Positions 34,927 to 49,891 of a stretch of DNA of 64,000 nucleotides are shown here, piece by piece. How positions within the stretch are numbered: the first letter of the stretch is position 1; every line of letters begins with the position of its first letter. This DNA comes from Torpedo marmorata (lineage: Eukaryota). Made by a program: the position numbers and the translations under genes. Location: NCBI GenBank assembly GCA_977017645.1, contig OZ360257.1:14694001-14758000 (forward strand). The letters are read 5' to 3'. Under the pieces are notes generated by a model. The model worked only from the letters and a program-made list of their open reading frames with translations, was not told where the DNA came from and searched no databases.

Positions 34927-37299
34927 ATCAGAGATCATGGCCCTGTTCCTTGGTTCGCTTCCAATGTCGAATCTCGTCCTTTTTATTAATAATTCCCTGT
35001 AACGTAAGCCCCGTAAACAAAGCCAACCACACACCTCATTCCCACACCACCATTTCGGGACGTGTCCTCCTGTACTGCTAAATGGAGGCCATCCGCAAAT
35101 TAGGCGACTACTGGATAACTGGCCATTGTAAATGTCCAAACAATTGAATGAAACGTTCAACGACGTACTGCTTGAATCACATTTTCCCAGGTTAATCAAT
35201 ATTTCAAATTTGAGTTCAGGTTGGTTGTCGCATGTACGAAGACATCATGAGAGTGTTTTTTGATTTGTTTTTTTTACAACATACTAGTTGGCATCTCATA
35301 CATAGAAGAAGGAGTGAGACACAACTAAAAAGTGCAGAGTTACAGAGAAGGAGAGAAAGTGAGAGTACGAGAGAGATAACGAAATGGAGAGAGAGANNNN
35401 NNNNNNNNNNNNNNNNNNNNNNNNNNNNNNNNNNNNNNNNNNNNNNNNNNNNNNNNNNNNNNNNNNNNNNNNNNNNNNNNNNNNNNNNNNNNNNNNNNNN
35501 NNNNNNNNNNNNNNNNNNNNNNNNNNNNNNNNNNNNNNNNNNNNNNNNNNNNNNNNNNNNNNNNNNNNNNNNNNNNNNAGTTGGTACGGAACAAAGGAGA
35601 CATAATTTCACTATCTTGGGACAAATACAGAAAACGCAGAGATTTCTCATCAGGCCTGGTCGTCTGTGCCAGATCCTTTAAGGAAATTCCGCTGGAGAGC
35701 AAAATCGAACGTCATCGGGTCAAACATTTGCAAATTATTTTCTTATTTAATTTTTAAATAGGCAGTACCCAAACACAGGTCGTGTCATATTTAATGTTCT
35801 GAATTATAGCATAACAATAAAATAAACTTGAATCTTCTATTTCGGCAGGATATAGATCAGGTGAAAACGTGGGCAGGGCGTTGCCAGGTGGAATTTAATA
35901 CTGACAACTGCAAATAGTGCACGGCACATGCACTAAATGTTCCATCAGGAAGGAAACGTGATGAACAGAGGGACATGGGGGTCTGAATTCATAGTTTCCT
36001 GAAAGCAGCAACACGGTTTTTAGGGTGATGGTGCCTTCCTAGTTCGAGGATAATATACAGGATCTCGAATTTCACAAACACTGTTCAGACTGTACTTGAA
36101 GTATTGTTTGCAGTTCTGGTCGCCACACTATTTATGTGATTGGACCGGAGATGTTGCAGAGGAAATTCACCAGGATGTTGCCTGGAAAGGAGGACGAGCT
36201 GTGGAAGGTGTTTAATAGGAAGGGGCCTATTTTCCCTGGAGCACAGCAGGTTTAGGAACGAGCTGGGAAATATAAGTAAGATGATGAGAGTCACCGATAG
36301 GGAAGATGTTCAAAACCTATTTCTAATGCCAGGGTTAACAAAAGTAAGTGGACACGAGTTTAAAGTTACTTTTGAGGGGGATCGAAGAGATTGTCTTTTT
36401 AAACAGGCATTTGAAGCAAAGAAATATGCTGGAGGAACTCAGTAGGTCGAGCATCATTCGTGGAGAAAATAAACATCGACGTTTCGGGTTAGAACCCTTC
36501 ATCACGTTTAATATCTGATTTGTTCTTCTCGGGGATGCGATGAAGTCACATATAATTCTACAAACACATCAGTAAGGAAGCCACTGTTTCTGTTGCGTGC
36601 TGCTCTTGACTCAATTACCTTTATGACGTTGTCTCTCTCGTATTCGGTATGATCTATTTTATTACCCCGGACGTCTGCTCAACAGCAGAATTCCCGTCAA
36701 TGGGTTCTAATTTCCTTAACCATCACTATGAACAGTGGGATGACGAGCAGAACTCTCCATGCCAGCATAACTGTTCCTGAATCAGCAAAAACGGAACAGG
36801 TTCATTCTTGAAACTTGTGCTGCTTCCACTAGGCTGCATAATCATACGTTATTCAATCTTAACATGAACAATTTGTTGGAGAATTCGGAAAATCAATTTC
36901 AATTTGCTATTTTTCATCCGAATTATTTGATCTGATTTTTGTGTGGATTTCAGAACAATTATATTTCCAAACCAAAGGAAAAATGATATAGTATTTTTCA
37001 AGAATCCAACAGTGTGAATTTAAACAATACTAAGGAACAGGCAAATCATCACAAGTTCTAGGGTTTGTTGGTTCTTTCATGAATCTATAAATACACAACG
37101 TCACTATAATAACGCTATGTGGATATATTTTGTTTGGAATGATTCGTGTTCCTGATCGACATCCGCAGTTATGACTTGATTTAATCTATTTGATCCAATG
37201 AAAATCTGCGACTAATGACAATCATTTTGTGTTCATGTGTCATCATGTGTCAGGTTTACTTAATTTATAAGTTAGGCATTGCTGTGAATTCCATGAAGC

Positions 37300-37673
37300 C
37301 AGTGTTTTTCAAACATTTTCTTTACACTTACATACCACCTTAAGTAATCCCTATGCCATAGGTGCTCTGTGATTAGTAAGGGTTACTTAAGTTGGTATGT
37401 GAGTGGGGAAAAAAGGTTGAGAACCACTGCTCGAGACCTAATTGTTACTGAAATATTTTGCTTAATAAAAATTATCATTGGCCCATTTCCTTTGGAGTTA
37501 TTAAACCGTGCACACAACGAGTCAACGAGGTACGATTAAAACAGTGGTTTTCAAACTTATTATTTCCACTCACATACCACTTTATATAATACCTCACTAA
37601 TCACAGAGCAACTATGGCATAGGGATTACTTAATGTGGTGTGTGAGTGTGAAGAAAAAGTTTGAAAACCACTG
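37300..37673. mobile_element. hAT composite MITE, segmental copy
   Basis: Same structure and flanks as 23621-23995. Confidence 0.85.
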
Positions 37674-39539
37674 CATTAAACTAAATGGCGCAACTGCATT
37701 TCATCTCTCCAATCATGGAGCGACCAGTAATTTTAGAGAACGAAAAAAATAACAATCCTATTCTTTGGTGTACATCGTAAGCCATGTAACATCTGCTAAA
37801 ACTTTTTTTCTTACTCGAATTTTCAAGTCAAGTATATTGTCATCTGATTGTACAAGTACAACCCGAAGAAACAGCGTTCTCTGGTCCTAGGTGCAAAACA
37901 TGCAGACCCACAACCAGACATAACACACATATAGACATATAATATTTATTTACATAATATATATAATACATTTTAATGCACAGCTTCTCCAACCGGCGCA
38001 ATGCTCTTGTCCATTGAATAAACGCGTTGCTTTTGCTGACGTAATTTCCCAAATTTATAGAAACAACTCCCAAGTGTTCGTGTTGCATTTCGATTTTTAA
38101 TATACTGCATCAAAATGTGGTGACATAAAGTTGAGGGAATTAATGGAAAATAGCTAATGGTTTAGATTTGCACGTGGCGAAATAACTTTCAATGGAAGTC
38201 AACCACTCAGAAAAGATCACCGCATGCCGATCCAATATAAGGAAGGTATGTGCGCTACATTGCTTTATTTGAAAGAGATTTTCCGCCGCTCACGTTAAAT
38301 TTAAGAAACAGTCTGGTGGCTTTTGTTTCCTCGAATTACCTCCAGCTAAAGGACTTGAGACAGCAGGATCAGAGCAGCCTGTGTGTTCCAAGTACAAACA
38401 GCAGCTACATGGAGCTTCCCGGTGCTCCAGGCAGTTGTAAATCTCGATCAAAAGCAGGCTGCAATACCATCCTAGGAACGAAAATTATCCATATTTATTT
38501 TGAGGAATTGGGCATGTTTCGTCGTCTGATTTGTAACATCCACCAAGTACAATATGCAGCAAGATCATGAAGAAAATACCTTAAATCAAAGACAACGACA
38601 GGAACAGCATTTGGAAAGGAAATTGAAAATAATTCCGAGGTCCAGGATGAATCCGCAGTTGGAGAGAAGGGGATTGATTAAGGGGGGTTAGCATAGCTTT
38701 TTTGTTGGTCGATTATATACAACTAATTTTGTGTTTGTTTCGAGGAACAGCTCAATGTATCGATGAGAGTACTGCAGTTGATGAAGTTGACACAATTTTC
38801 GTTACGACCCTGTCAGTTATCCAGATAATGGGCTTGCACGGTTAGCGTAGCGGTTAGTGCAACACATTTACAGGGCCAGTGTCCCGGGTTCGAACCCGGC
38901 CCTGTCTGTGAGGAGTTTGTCCGTTCTCCATATGTCTGCGTGGGTTTCCTCCGGGTGATCCTGTTTCCTCCCACCCTTTAAAACGTAGTTTATTGGGTTA
39001 TTTGAGCGGCACAGACCGAGGGCCAGAAAGGCCTGTTACGGTGCTGTATGTCGAAATAATGCACTGGTCCACAGATGAAGGGATCAAAGGCAATTTGGAA
39101 ATTTGGATTCAATGTTTGCCTCGTAACAGAAGGTAATAGTTCATGATGGATAATTGAATATAGAATATAGAAATCTTCAACGTGGTATAGGCCATTTGGG
39201 CCACAGTGTTATGCCAACCTGATAATCTCCGCTTCCAAGAATTCCGAGAATTGCCGTCCTGTATAACGCTCATTTTTATTCTGTTACATGTACCAATATA
39301 CTCGTCTCTTAAAATGTCCAAATGTACCTGCCTCTAAAACAGTTGCCAGCAGTGAATCCCATGCACCCACTACTCACTGTGTGAAGATCGTGCCTCTAAC
39401 CCTCCCCATGTACTTACTCCGAAGCACTTTTAAACGCCCCCCACCCCCGCCTGAATGGAGGTTTTCCTTTGCGTGTGGAAACCTTTCTTACACAGTGCCA
39501 AAACGTGAAACTATTGGGGGCACTCAGCGGATTGAACAG

Positions 39540-39577
39540 CGTGTGTGTGTGTGTGTTACTGTATGTGTGTGTTTGTG

Positions 39578-39616
<39 letters not shown>

Positions 39617-39633
39617 TGTGTGAGTGTGTGAGT
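39540..39633. repeat. (TG)n microsatellite
   Basis: Seen directly; paralog at ~52140-52272. Confidence 0.95.
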
Positions 39634-39944
39634 GGGCGGGTGGCAGCGATAGTGGAGTTTTCGGGGCGATACTTTGCCTCAGGGCCATGCTTGAAGTTCA
39701 GATCAGCAAGGTCACGTTTGACCCTCTTTTCAGAAGACATGGATCTGATCTCGGCTTCCATACGACATCAACGTTATTAAAGTAAATGCGCACAAGTCTA
39801 AGTAGAGCAAACATGCGGTCTCATCGCGCTTAAGCCACACTCTTAAAACTACCATAGAAACGTGGTTCAATAATAATATAATTTCAGCAAATCACGAAGT
39901 GTCTGCTGTTCTGCCTTCAGATCAGAGAACATTATTAATCTAAA

Positions 39945-41336
39945 TCTCTAAAAAGGGTAATAGAGAGTGTCCTGAGAATTACAGACAGGTGAGGCTTACG
40001 TCAGTGGTGTGAAAACTATCGGAGAGGATTGTTAAGGACACGATTTATGAGCATTTGGAGAAGTACAGTCGTCTGAGAGACATAAGCATGGCTTTGTGAG
40101 GGGATGGTCGTGCCTCATGAGCCTCATTGCATTTGCTGAGGAGATAACAAAATATAATGAGGAAAGTGTGCCTTTAGACAAGGTACATATGGATTTCAGT
40201 GAGGCGTTTGACAAGGTTCCCCATGAAGGACTCGGTCAGAAAGACATCAGGCATTCTATCCACGGAATCTCAGCTGTGTGGATAAAAAATTGGCTTGCCT
40301 GTAGAAAGCAGAGGACGGCACAGAAAGTATTCTGTCTGGAAGTCAGTGACCAGTGGAGTTCCGCAAGGATTTTTTCTAGAACCCCTGCTCTTTGTGCATT
40401 TTATAAATGACCGAGATGAAGAGCGGAAGGGTGTGTCAGTAGGTTTGCAGATGATATAATGGTTGGAGGAGCTGCAGTTAGTGTTGAAGTTTGTCGTAGA
40501 TTACAATGCAGAGATGAGCGCAAAAGTGGCAGATCGACTTCAATCCGGATAAGTTTGTGAAGCATTTTGGAGGGTCAAACCTTGATGAATACAGCATTAA
40601 TGGTCGGATACTTAGGAGTGTGGAGGAACAGAGGTACCTTGAAGTTAAAATCCATAGATCTCTCAATGTTTCCGCGCAGGTTGATAGGATAGTTAAGAAG
40701 GCCTAGGGATGCTGGGTTTCAATAATAGGGAGATTGAGTTCAATAGTATAGATGTCATGTTGCAACTCTACACACCTCTGGTTAGACCATACTTATAGTA
40801 TTGTATTCAGTTATGGCCACATCGTTATAGGAAGGATGTGGAAACTGTGGAGAGGGTGCGGAGGAGATTTACCAGTGTATTGCCTGGATTGGAAAATGTC
40901 TTCCGAGGCAAGGTTAGTAGAGCAGGGACTTTTTTGTTTAGAGTGAAGAAGGATGAGAGGTGACTTAATCAAAGTCTACAAGAATATAGACAGTAGATAG
41001 GGAAGACAGCAAGCGCCTTTTCGCAGGGAGGGAATAGCAAACACCAGGGGACGTTTGCACAAAGTGAAGGGAGGAAGGTTGAGGGGAGATATCAGGGGTA
41101 AATTATTCACAAATAGATGGAGGTGCCGGCAATGCTTTGCCAGGTTGGTGGTGGGGGCTGAATCACTTTGGGTATTTAAGAGACTCGTAGACAGGCACGT
41201 GGATGAACGAAAATTAGAGGATTAAAAGTTTGGAAGGTTTCAGTATTTTCTTGGTAGGAATATACAGATCGGCACAACATTGAAGGCCGAATAGCCTGTA
41301 CTGTGCTGTCATGTTCCATGTTCTATGTTATATGTT
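39945..41336 (+). mobile_element. Segmental copy of CR1 26295-27672
   Basis: Same lesions and same flanks as 26295-27672. Confidence 0.9.
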
Positions 41337-41347
41337 TTGAAACTACT

Positions 41348-41908
41348 TTGCTGCCAAACGTCATTCTGTTCCATGTAATTTACGGCCTCTCAAAATGCAT
41401 CACTCAGTGGTTGCTGGGAATGGCAGAAGCTGACTGAGAAGTTGTGAAACTGTATATGAATTGATTTTATATGAGATTAACGATCGGTCTTTTCCACATT
41501 CACACTTCAATCAGACTTCTCTCTGTAGAGTTATTCTGACCATGTTATTTATTTCCATTGACGGTTCAATGTGACTAACTGTGGCTTTCATGTTCGATCG
41601 ATTTTTTGCTATTTGTCACCAAACGCTACAAGCAAAATATTGCACTGAAAATAATTCATCTGTAGCGAAAGCGCGGTGGAATTTTCCTCAACATTTGGGA
41701 AAAAACACCATTTTATTTATTAACCTCGGGAAGTAATTGATAACGTTGAATTATCCTGCAATGTAATATCATGTTTTTACACCTTATGAATTTGAGCAGT
41801 TATTCTCTGGCAGTAAAAAGTCTTTAACTCATTTGCTCTTTATGTCTTTATCTTGGCGCCACATTCCCTGACCATCAGCCGCATTATACTGGCTATCCGA
41901 GCGAGGAG
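41348..41908 (+). pseudogene. Lineage-B GPCR pseudogene copy, no L1 insertion, truncated after ICL3
   Basis: Collinear with 27685-28160 joined to 30194-30272; contains GLSKC and FDRFFAICHQ. Confidence 0.85.
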
Positions 41909-42975
41909 GCCAACCCACCATACACCCTCTTTACCAGCGCGTCAACTCGCGCAGCAACCTTGAGGGGTGTATTAACATGGACCCCAAGATCTCTCAGTTC
42001 CTCCAAACTGTAAGAAATACTGTCATTAACACGCACTCCGCCTTCGATTCGGCCTCCAAAGTGCACTACACTTTACCGTATTGAACTCAATTTGCCACTC
42101 CTCTGCCCAACTCCGCATCCTGTCTATATCCCGTTATAACCCACGACAGCCTTCTGCACTCCCGACAACACTGTGAACCGTTGTATCATTAGCAAATGCA
42201 AAGAAAATAGAGCACAGAAAGAAATTCTCTGATTGGACTTGATGCCTTCGAACCAACCCTCAGCGTTGATGCATTACCCCAAACACCACAGGCGATCCAA
42301 ACACTCCTCGGATCTGTGTGGCGTTTGCAACAAAAATTAAATCAGGATTTCAAGGGGGACGGTTCACGTCACAGTTCAGCGCAACACATTCACAGCGTCA
42401 GCGACGCGGGTTCAAATACAGCGCTGCCCTGGAAGGTGTTTTATTGCTTTCCCTCGTGAACTGCTCGGTTTCCCAGGGTACTCTGGTTTCTTCCCACTCA
42501 CGAAAAAAAGTATGGAATTGGCATGTTCATTGGATGTAATTTGGCAGCACGGGCGTCATGCGCTAAGTGTCTGTATATTTTAAATAAATCTTCAGTCAAG
42601 CTAGCATGGCAGTCGACGTGTGAAAACAAACCATCTGGTCAGACCGACTGATGAACTTTTGAAAACTCATTGGAATAAAGTTATTTTCAGGTGTATAATG
42701 ATAAAAAGGAAAATATGTGTGATAATCAGGATCATTGGGAACAAACAAAGGAGAGAATTGCGAACACGTACCCCAGGGACGAGGTTAAAGCGAAGCAAAT
42801 GGAGATAGATGAACGCGACACTCCAGTGTCACGGTTCCACGTCAGGTGATGCAGCGAGCTCGCACCTGAACCTTGTTTATTACAATAACTAGTGTTAGTT
42901 ACTCTGGGCGGAGTGATCTCAGGTCATTAAGTTAGAATGAACTGATAGTCTTTGTTAAACCGAGTATGTGGAGGT

Positions 42976-43017
42976 GTTATGCAAGTTAGTGTCCCAGGAG
43001 AACGGCTGTCCTATAAA
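42976..43017 (+). promoter_or_regulatory. Core promoter of gene 4
   Basis: TATAAA at 43012-43017, 80 nt before the ATG. Confidence 0.6.
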
Positions 43018-43091
43018 TTAGGCTTCACAGTGAAACTCTTCGTTTTCACATATTCACATGTGCTGTAGAGAAACCGCATTATCCTCAAACG

Positions 43092-43152
43092 ATGCCACGA
43101 ATGAAAGCCACGGATATCTTCTATCACATTATTGCAATTGTCGGCATTCCTG
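43092..43152 (+). CDS. GPR139-like gene 4, coding exon 1 (MPRMKATDIFYHIIAIVGIP-G)
   Basis: ATG at 43092, GTAAGT donor at 43153. Confidence 0.9.
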
Positions 43153-43274
43153 GTAAGTGATTTTGCTGCGATCTCCGCCGAGTGTTTTCTGGTTGTCCGT
43201 ATTCAGGATGAGTATCCCGTTTGTGCGTGCGTGTGTATATAAAGGTATACACACCCACACACACACACACACAC

Positions 43275-43306
<32 letters not shown>

Positions 43307-44905
43307 TCACACACACATACACTCACAGAAAGTTGTTCAGCCGTCGTCGCTCTGCCAGTATTTAAAGAATCTTTTGACCTGAGGTTGTTGAAGTTAGACA
43401 ATGTCCAGTCACTAAAAAATAAAACCGAAGACCTCTGGGCAATGCTGCTATATCAGAGACAGTTGAGACAAATCTCAGTTGTTTGCTGCTGCGAATCCTG
43501 GCTAACAGAAAACACAAATAACGCTGTGATCCGACCAGAGGTTTTAACCATTCACAGGCTGGACTGGGACATGGATTCTGGCAAAGTGACAGGGCACAGT
43601 GTTTGCTTTCCTGTTAATATCGGATGGTGCACGGACGTTGGTGTTCTATCGAAATCTTCCTCCAGTGGCGGAGAGCAGATATCGATCAAATGAAAACTCT
43701 TCAATGTTCCCCGAGGTTTCTCATCAGTTATTCTCACCCGAGTTTATCTCCTTCCCGACACCAATTACAAACAGGCACTTGCGGAGCTGCATGACCTGGT
43801 CAGTAAACAGGCCCACCCCGAGACACTTCCAGTCACAGTCGTTGACTTTCATCAGGCCTGTCTTAAGAAAGCCCTGCGCAAATATCACCAGCACGTAACC
43901 TGCTGTACCAGAGACACCAGCTCATTTGAACTTTGCGACAACAACATAAGGAATGCCTACGTTCCTTCATGATACAGCATGTTGTTGTTTGCTGTTCACC
44001 CCATCTAAACCCCTCATGATGTTGTCTACCCCCAATAATTCACCTCTTCCCCTTCATCGCTGCAGAGAAAAGCCCTAGCTCTGTCGACCTTCCTTCATAT
44101 GATAGGTTCTGCAATCCAGGCAACACCTTTGCACACTCTCCAGAGCATCCATATATTTCCTATAAGGAGGCAACCATAACTGAACGCATAGATTTGAACT
44201 GTTTATCGTCACGTATCCGGGGAAAAGTGAAAAGGCGTTATTTTGCCTGCTATCCAGGCAAATCAAGCCATATAAAATACAGCAGGCAGCGCAAGGATAG
44301 AAATAGTACAGATGATAGTGTTACAATAAAGTACAACATGACGTGCTAAAGACAGGAGTGCTGTTAAGCTATGCAAGTCATTACCTTTTACTCATGAGAG
44401 GTCTATTCAACAGCCTGCCAGCAGGAATGCATGTGCCCTTGAATCTGGTTGGGTGCTATTCTTCCAAACTCGTGCTTCTTCTGCCCGGCGGCAGGGATTA
44501 TTTATCCGGGAGACGGCGGGAGATATGGACGAAGTCGATGGACGGGGGATTGGATTATTGATAACACTGAATTGCGTTCATTACTCTCCGTGGTTTCTTG
44601 AGACTCCGAGCTCAGCAGTTTCCACTCCAATCTGTGATGCACCCGTACCGGACACTTTCTATTGTTCATCAGCACACAACGGACAGGGTCAACGGGGGCA
44701 TGCCGAAATTCCTCAGCTTCTGAGGTAGTGAAAGCGTTGTTGCTCTTTCCATTCCGTAGTGCCAATGTAATGTTGGCAACTGCATAATTTACAGGAACAG
44801 ACAAATGTTTCGATTAGGTTATTCCCAAAGATTCCATTGTAAAAATCACGTTAAAGATGTTGACTTGTTTTTCTGGTAATTTCCTGGTTTTCCATCTTGT
44901 TACAG

Positions 44906-45819
44906 GTAACCTGCTCTCGATTGTGGTCCTGTCACGGGGAATGCGCGGCCTCTCCAAAGGAGTGACTCGTTACATGGTAACCATGGCAGTTGCAGACACA
45001 ATGGTCTGTGTGTTTAACGTTACAGTGATATTCGTCTTCGGCTATCATTTTCCTCATTCATTCCTGGCACATACCTCCACTTGTCGTCTTACAGACTTCA
45101 TACAGAAATCCAGCGTGCAATTTTCTGTCTGGGCCACGGTATCGTTCACAGTGGACCGCTTCATTGCCATTTGTTGCCAGCAATTCAAAACAAAATATTG
45201 TACCGAAATAAACGCCACGGTAGTTCTTACGACTGTGTGTGTGCTGAGCTTTTTGATGCACATTCCAGCTTATTTCCGGTATCAACCCCATTACATTGCG
45301 GGTGATGTCCAATGGGGCTGCCGTACTATAACACGATATATTTCTTCACCAGCATGGCAGACTTACAGATGGTTGTCTAAACTTATGGTACCACTGGTGC
45401 CGCTGCTGCTGATGTTGCTGTTGAATTCTCTCACCGTCCGACACATTTTACTTGTCAGCAGAGCTCGGAAGGCTTTGAAGAGCCGTGGGGACGGTCAGGT
45501 ATTTGATCACGAGATGACGAAACGGAGAACGTCCATTATATTGCTCTTCGCCATTTCTGGTACCTTCATAGCGTTGTGGACACCGGTTACGATAATTGAC
45601 CAATACTTCCATCTCACCTCAAGTTTTTCGATCGACGCCCCGAAGTCACTGCTTCTGGCAATTAGAATCGCGATTCTGCTGATGTATTTGAGCTGCTGTA
45701 CAAACACTTGTGTTTATGCAATGACACAGAGGAGATTCCGGGAGGAGGTGAAGAAGGTGGCAAAACATCCATTTATTGCCCTTGTACGGTTTTTAAAACC
45801 AATGACGCAGCCACAATGA
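44906..45819 (+). CDS. GPR139-like gene 4, exon 2 (spliced protein 324 aa)
   Basis: AG acceptor at 44904-44905; intact 7TM ORF. Confidence 0.93.
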
Positions 45820-46254
45820 ATCAGAGATCATGGCCCTGTTCCTCAGTTCGCTTCCAATGTCGAATCTCGTCCTTTTTATTAATAATTCCCTGTAACATAA
45901 GCCCCGTAAAAAAAGCCAACCACACACACCATTCCCACACCAACATTTCGGGACGTGTCCTCCTGTACTGCTAAATGGAGGCCATCCGCAAATTAGGCGA
46001 CTACTGGATATCTGGCCATTGTAAATGTCCAAACAATTGAATGAAACGTTCAACGACGTACTGCATGAATCACATTTTGCCCAGGTTAATCAATATTTCA
46101 AATTTGAATTCAGGTTTTTTGTTGCATGTACGAAGACCTCACGAGAGTGTTTTTTGATTTGATTTTTTTACAACATACCAGTTGGCATCTCATACATCGA
46201 AGAAGGAGTGAGACGCAACTAAAAAGTGCAGAGTTACAGAGAAGTAGATAAAGT

Positions 46255-46456
46255 GAGAGTACGAGAGAGATAACGAAATGGAGAGAGAGAGAGAGCGAAA
46301 TGGAGAGAGAGAGGGAGCGAGAGAGAGAGACAGAGAGAGTGGGAGAGTGATTCAGCGAGAGAGAGAGAGACAGAGAGAGAGAGAGTGTGTTAGAGATCGA
46401 GAGAGAGTCAGACAGACAGAGACAGAGAGAGGGGAGAGGGAGAGATAGAGAGAGAG
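46255..46456. repeat. (GA)n-rich microsatellite downstream of GPCR gene
   Basis: Seen directly; identical-looking copy at ~58913-59114. Confidence 0.95.
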
Positions 46457-49400
46457 TTCAGTTGGTACTGAACAAAGGAGACATAATTTCACTATCTTGG
46501 GACAAATACAGAAAACGCAGAGATTTCTCAGCAGGCCTGGTCGTCTGTGCCAGATCTTTTAAGGGAATTCCGCTGGAGAGCAGAATCGAACGTCATCGGG
46601 TCAAGCATTTGCAAATACTTTTCTTATTCAATTTTTAAAAAGGAAGTATCCCAAACACAGGTCGTGTCATATTTAATGTTCTGTATTATAGCATAACAAT
46701 AAAATAAAATTGAATCTTCAATTTCGGCAGGATATAGATCAGGTGAAAACTTGGGCTGTGCGTTGCCAGCTGGAATTTTATACTGACAACTGCAAATAAT
46801 GCACGGCATATGCACTAAATGTTCCATCAGGAAGGAAACGTGATGAACAGAGGGACATGGGGGTCTGAATTCATAGTTGCCTGAAAGCAGCAACACGTTT
46901 TTTAGGGTGATGGTGCCTTCCTAGTTCGAGGATAATATATAGGATCTCGAATTTCACAAACACTGTTCAGACTGTACTTGAAGTATAGTTTGCAGTTCTG
47001 GTCGCCACACTATTTATGTGATTGGACCGGAGATGTTGCAGAGGGAATTCACCAGGATGTTGCCTGGAAAGGAGGACGAGCTGTGGAAGGTGCTTAATAG
47101 GAAGGGGCCAATGTTCCCTGGAGCACAGCGGGTTTAGGAACGAGCTGGGAAATATAAGTAAGATGATGAGAGTCACCGATAGGGAAGATGTTCAAAACCT
47201 ATTTCTAATGCCAGGGTTAACAAAAGTAAGTGGACACGAGTTTAAGGTGAGTTTTAAGGGGAATCTAGGAGATTGTCTTTTTAAACAGGCATATGAAGCA
47301 AAGAAATATGCTGGAGGAACTCAGTAGGTCGAGCATCATTCGTGGAGATACGATACATCGACGTTTCGGGTCAGAAACCTTCATCACGTTTAATATCTGA
47401 TTTGCTCTTCTCGGGGATGCGGTGAAGTCAGATATAATTCTCCAAACACATCAGTAAGGAAGCCACTATTTCTGTTGGGTGCTGCACTTGACTCAATTAC
47501 CTTTATGAAGTTGTCTCTCACGTATTCGGTGATGATCTATTTTATTACCCCGGACGTCTGCTCAACAGCTGAATTCCCATCAATGGGTTCTAATTTCCTT
47601 AACCGTCACTATGAACTGTGGGAGGACGAGCAGAAATCTCCATTCCAGCATAACAGTTCCTGAATCAGCAAAAACCTAACAAGTTAATACTTGAAACTTG
47701 TGCTGCTTCCACTAGGCTCCATAATCATATGTGTGTTCAATCTTAACATGATTGAGCACATCGGCCTTTTATTGATCATCTCTGGTCCAAACGCTGTTGG
47801 TTTGAGTGGTGAGGTGAGCCGATACTTATCCCGGCCGTCAATATCGAAAAGTGAAATTATTCAGCAGATATAATCAATGTTTACAGTCCTTTGAGTCCTA
47901 AGATCGCCTTGCCAATATCTGGAACCCTTGTTCAATTTGGTATCACCTGTGAATATCTTCCGACACTCCCATTACATAACAATACAGAACATAGAACAGT
48001 AGAGCCTGAAAGGGCTTCCCTCGGGTACGGTTTCTAACTTCCTACTCTCCCGGGGTCCGAAACTCGTCGTGGCCGCTGCCGAGCCGAGGCGTCACTGTCT
48101 TGGTGACAGACCCCGAGGGTACATGATTTTACTTAAAAATACAGTCGGACCCTTTATCGTCCATTTTAAATCCTGTACGTGTCAGCCGGCAATAGGACCG
48201 GGCATTGGAACCCTTCGGAGTAGTGCTATGTCTCGTGGACAAGCGCTGTTTCTATATCAGTCATGTCAGTCTAAGGCTTTGAAAGCCGGTCTGATACTTG
48301 AGGTATCATGTTAAAATTAGAACTCTGCTGAGTCTTGCATCACAATTAATACGCAGGGAATTCTACAGAATTCTGCCGATGCTGTGATTGCAGTGCAATA
48401 CACAAAGGTACAGAATAAACTCAGCATCTCATGCAACGTCCAATGGAAGGAAAGATATATACATCCTGAATTACTCCAGCACTATTGTGTATTGCACTAA
48501 TATCCAGGGATGTTTTCATTTATCTTTTATCTAACTGCAAAACTGACAAGGTTTTTTTTAAATCGAGCAAAGTCGCCATTGAGCGGTACGAAATACATTT
48601 GAACGAACCAATGGGCGCTCTGTGGAATTTTCAAATACTTTTATCAAAACTAAACATTATTACCAATAAAATAATTTATAAAATAAAACCCTTCAGTCTT
48701 ATCGCGGCATTTGTGTCATATCCATAGATAGGCATCACTCTACATTGTTAAAGTCGTTCTCTTTTAAGCACGTTTGCCACCTGGCCGATGCTCCCCCAAC
48801 TGGTGATTGAGGCTTCCCCTCCGGTCCCGGCCCCTCAATGCCCGGTAACGGAAGTACTGAACACCGTGCTCCTTCCACACGGCGCCATCGCGTTGGCTGC
48901 AAGCACATGCATAATGCAGGTGCTGATCAACTACACTGTGAGAACGACCGACAATATCTAAGTAGCATGCTTTAACTTTTAAATTTAAATTTAGATGATT
49001 ATTTTTTAATGTAGACGTACAGCACGATAACAACCACTTTCGGTCCACAAGCCCATGCCACCTAATCACACCCAATTGACCTATACACCCAGTACGTTTG
49101 AAGGGTGGGAGCAAACCGGAGTCCGTTGGGAAAACCCACGCAGACACGGGGAGAACGTAAAAACTCCTCACAGTCAGCGTGGGATTCGATCCCCAGTCCC
49201 AATCGCTGGCGCTGTAACAGGGTTGCATAACCGCTACGCTAACTGTGCCGCTCAGCGAAGAAGATCGAGTAAGTTATTTTGAAAAAGAATAAGACACAAA
49301 TTCTGATTTTCAAGATTTTCCCTTCCAAAGGCAGGGTTCATAATGCTGAAAATATTATTTGCAGTAGTTCTACGTTGTTATGCAAGTTAAATCGCCAATT

Positions 49401-49891
49401 TATTGGCACAAACGTCGATAGCTGTTGACAAATTTAAGAAGCCCAAAGAAATAATGTGAACAATTTGTGGGAGAATTCGGAAAATCAATTTCAATTTGCT
49501 ATTTTTCATCCGAATTATTTGATTTGATTTTTGTGTGGATTTCAGAACAATTATATTTCTAACCCAAACGCAAAATGATATAGTACTTTTCAAGATTCCA
49601 ACAGTGTGAATTTAAACAATACTAAGGAACAGGCAAATCATCACAAGGTCTCGGGTTTGTTGGTTCTTTCACGAATCTATAAATACACATCGTCACTATA
49701 ATAATGCGATGTGGATATATTTTGTTTGGAATGATTCGTCTTCCTGATCGACATCAGCAGTTATGACTTTATTTAATCTGTTTGCTCCAATGAAAATCTG
49801 CGACTAATGACAATAATTTCGTGTTCATGTGTCATTATGTGTCAGGTTTACTTTATTTATAAGTCAGGCATTGCTGTGAATTCCATGAAGC

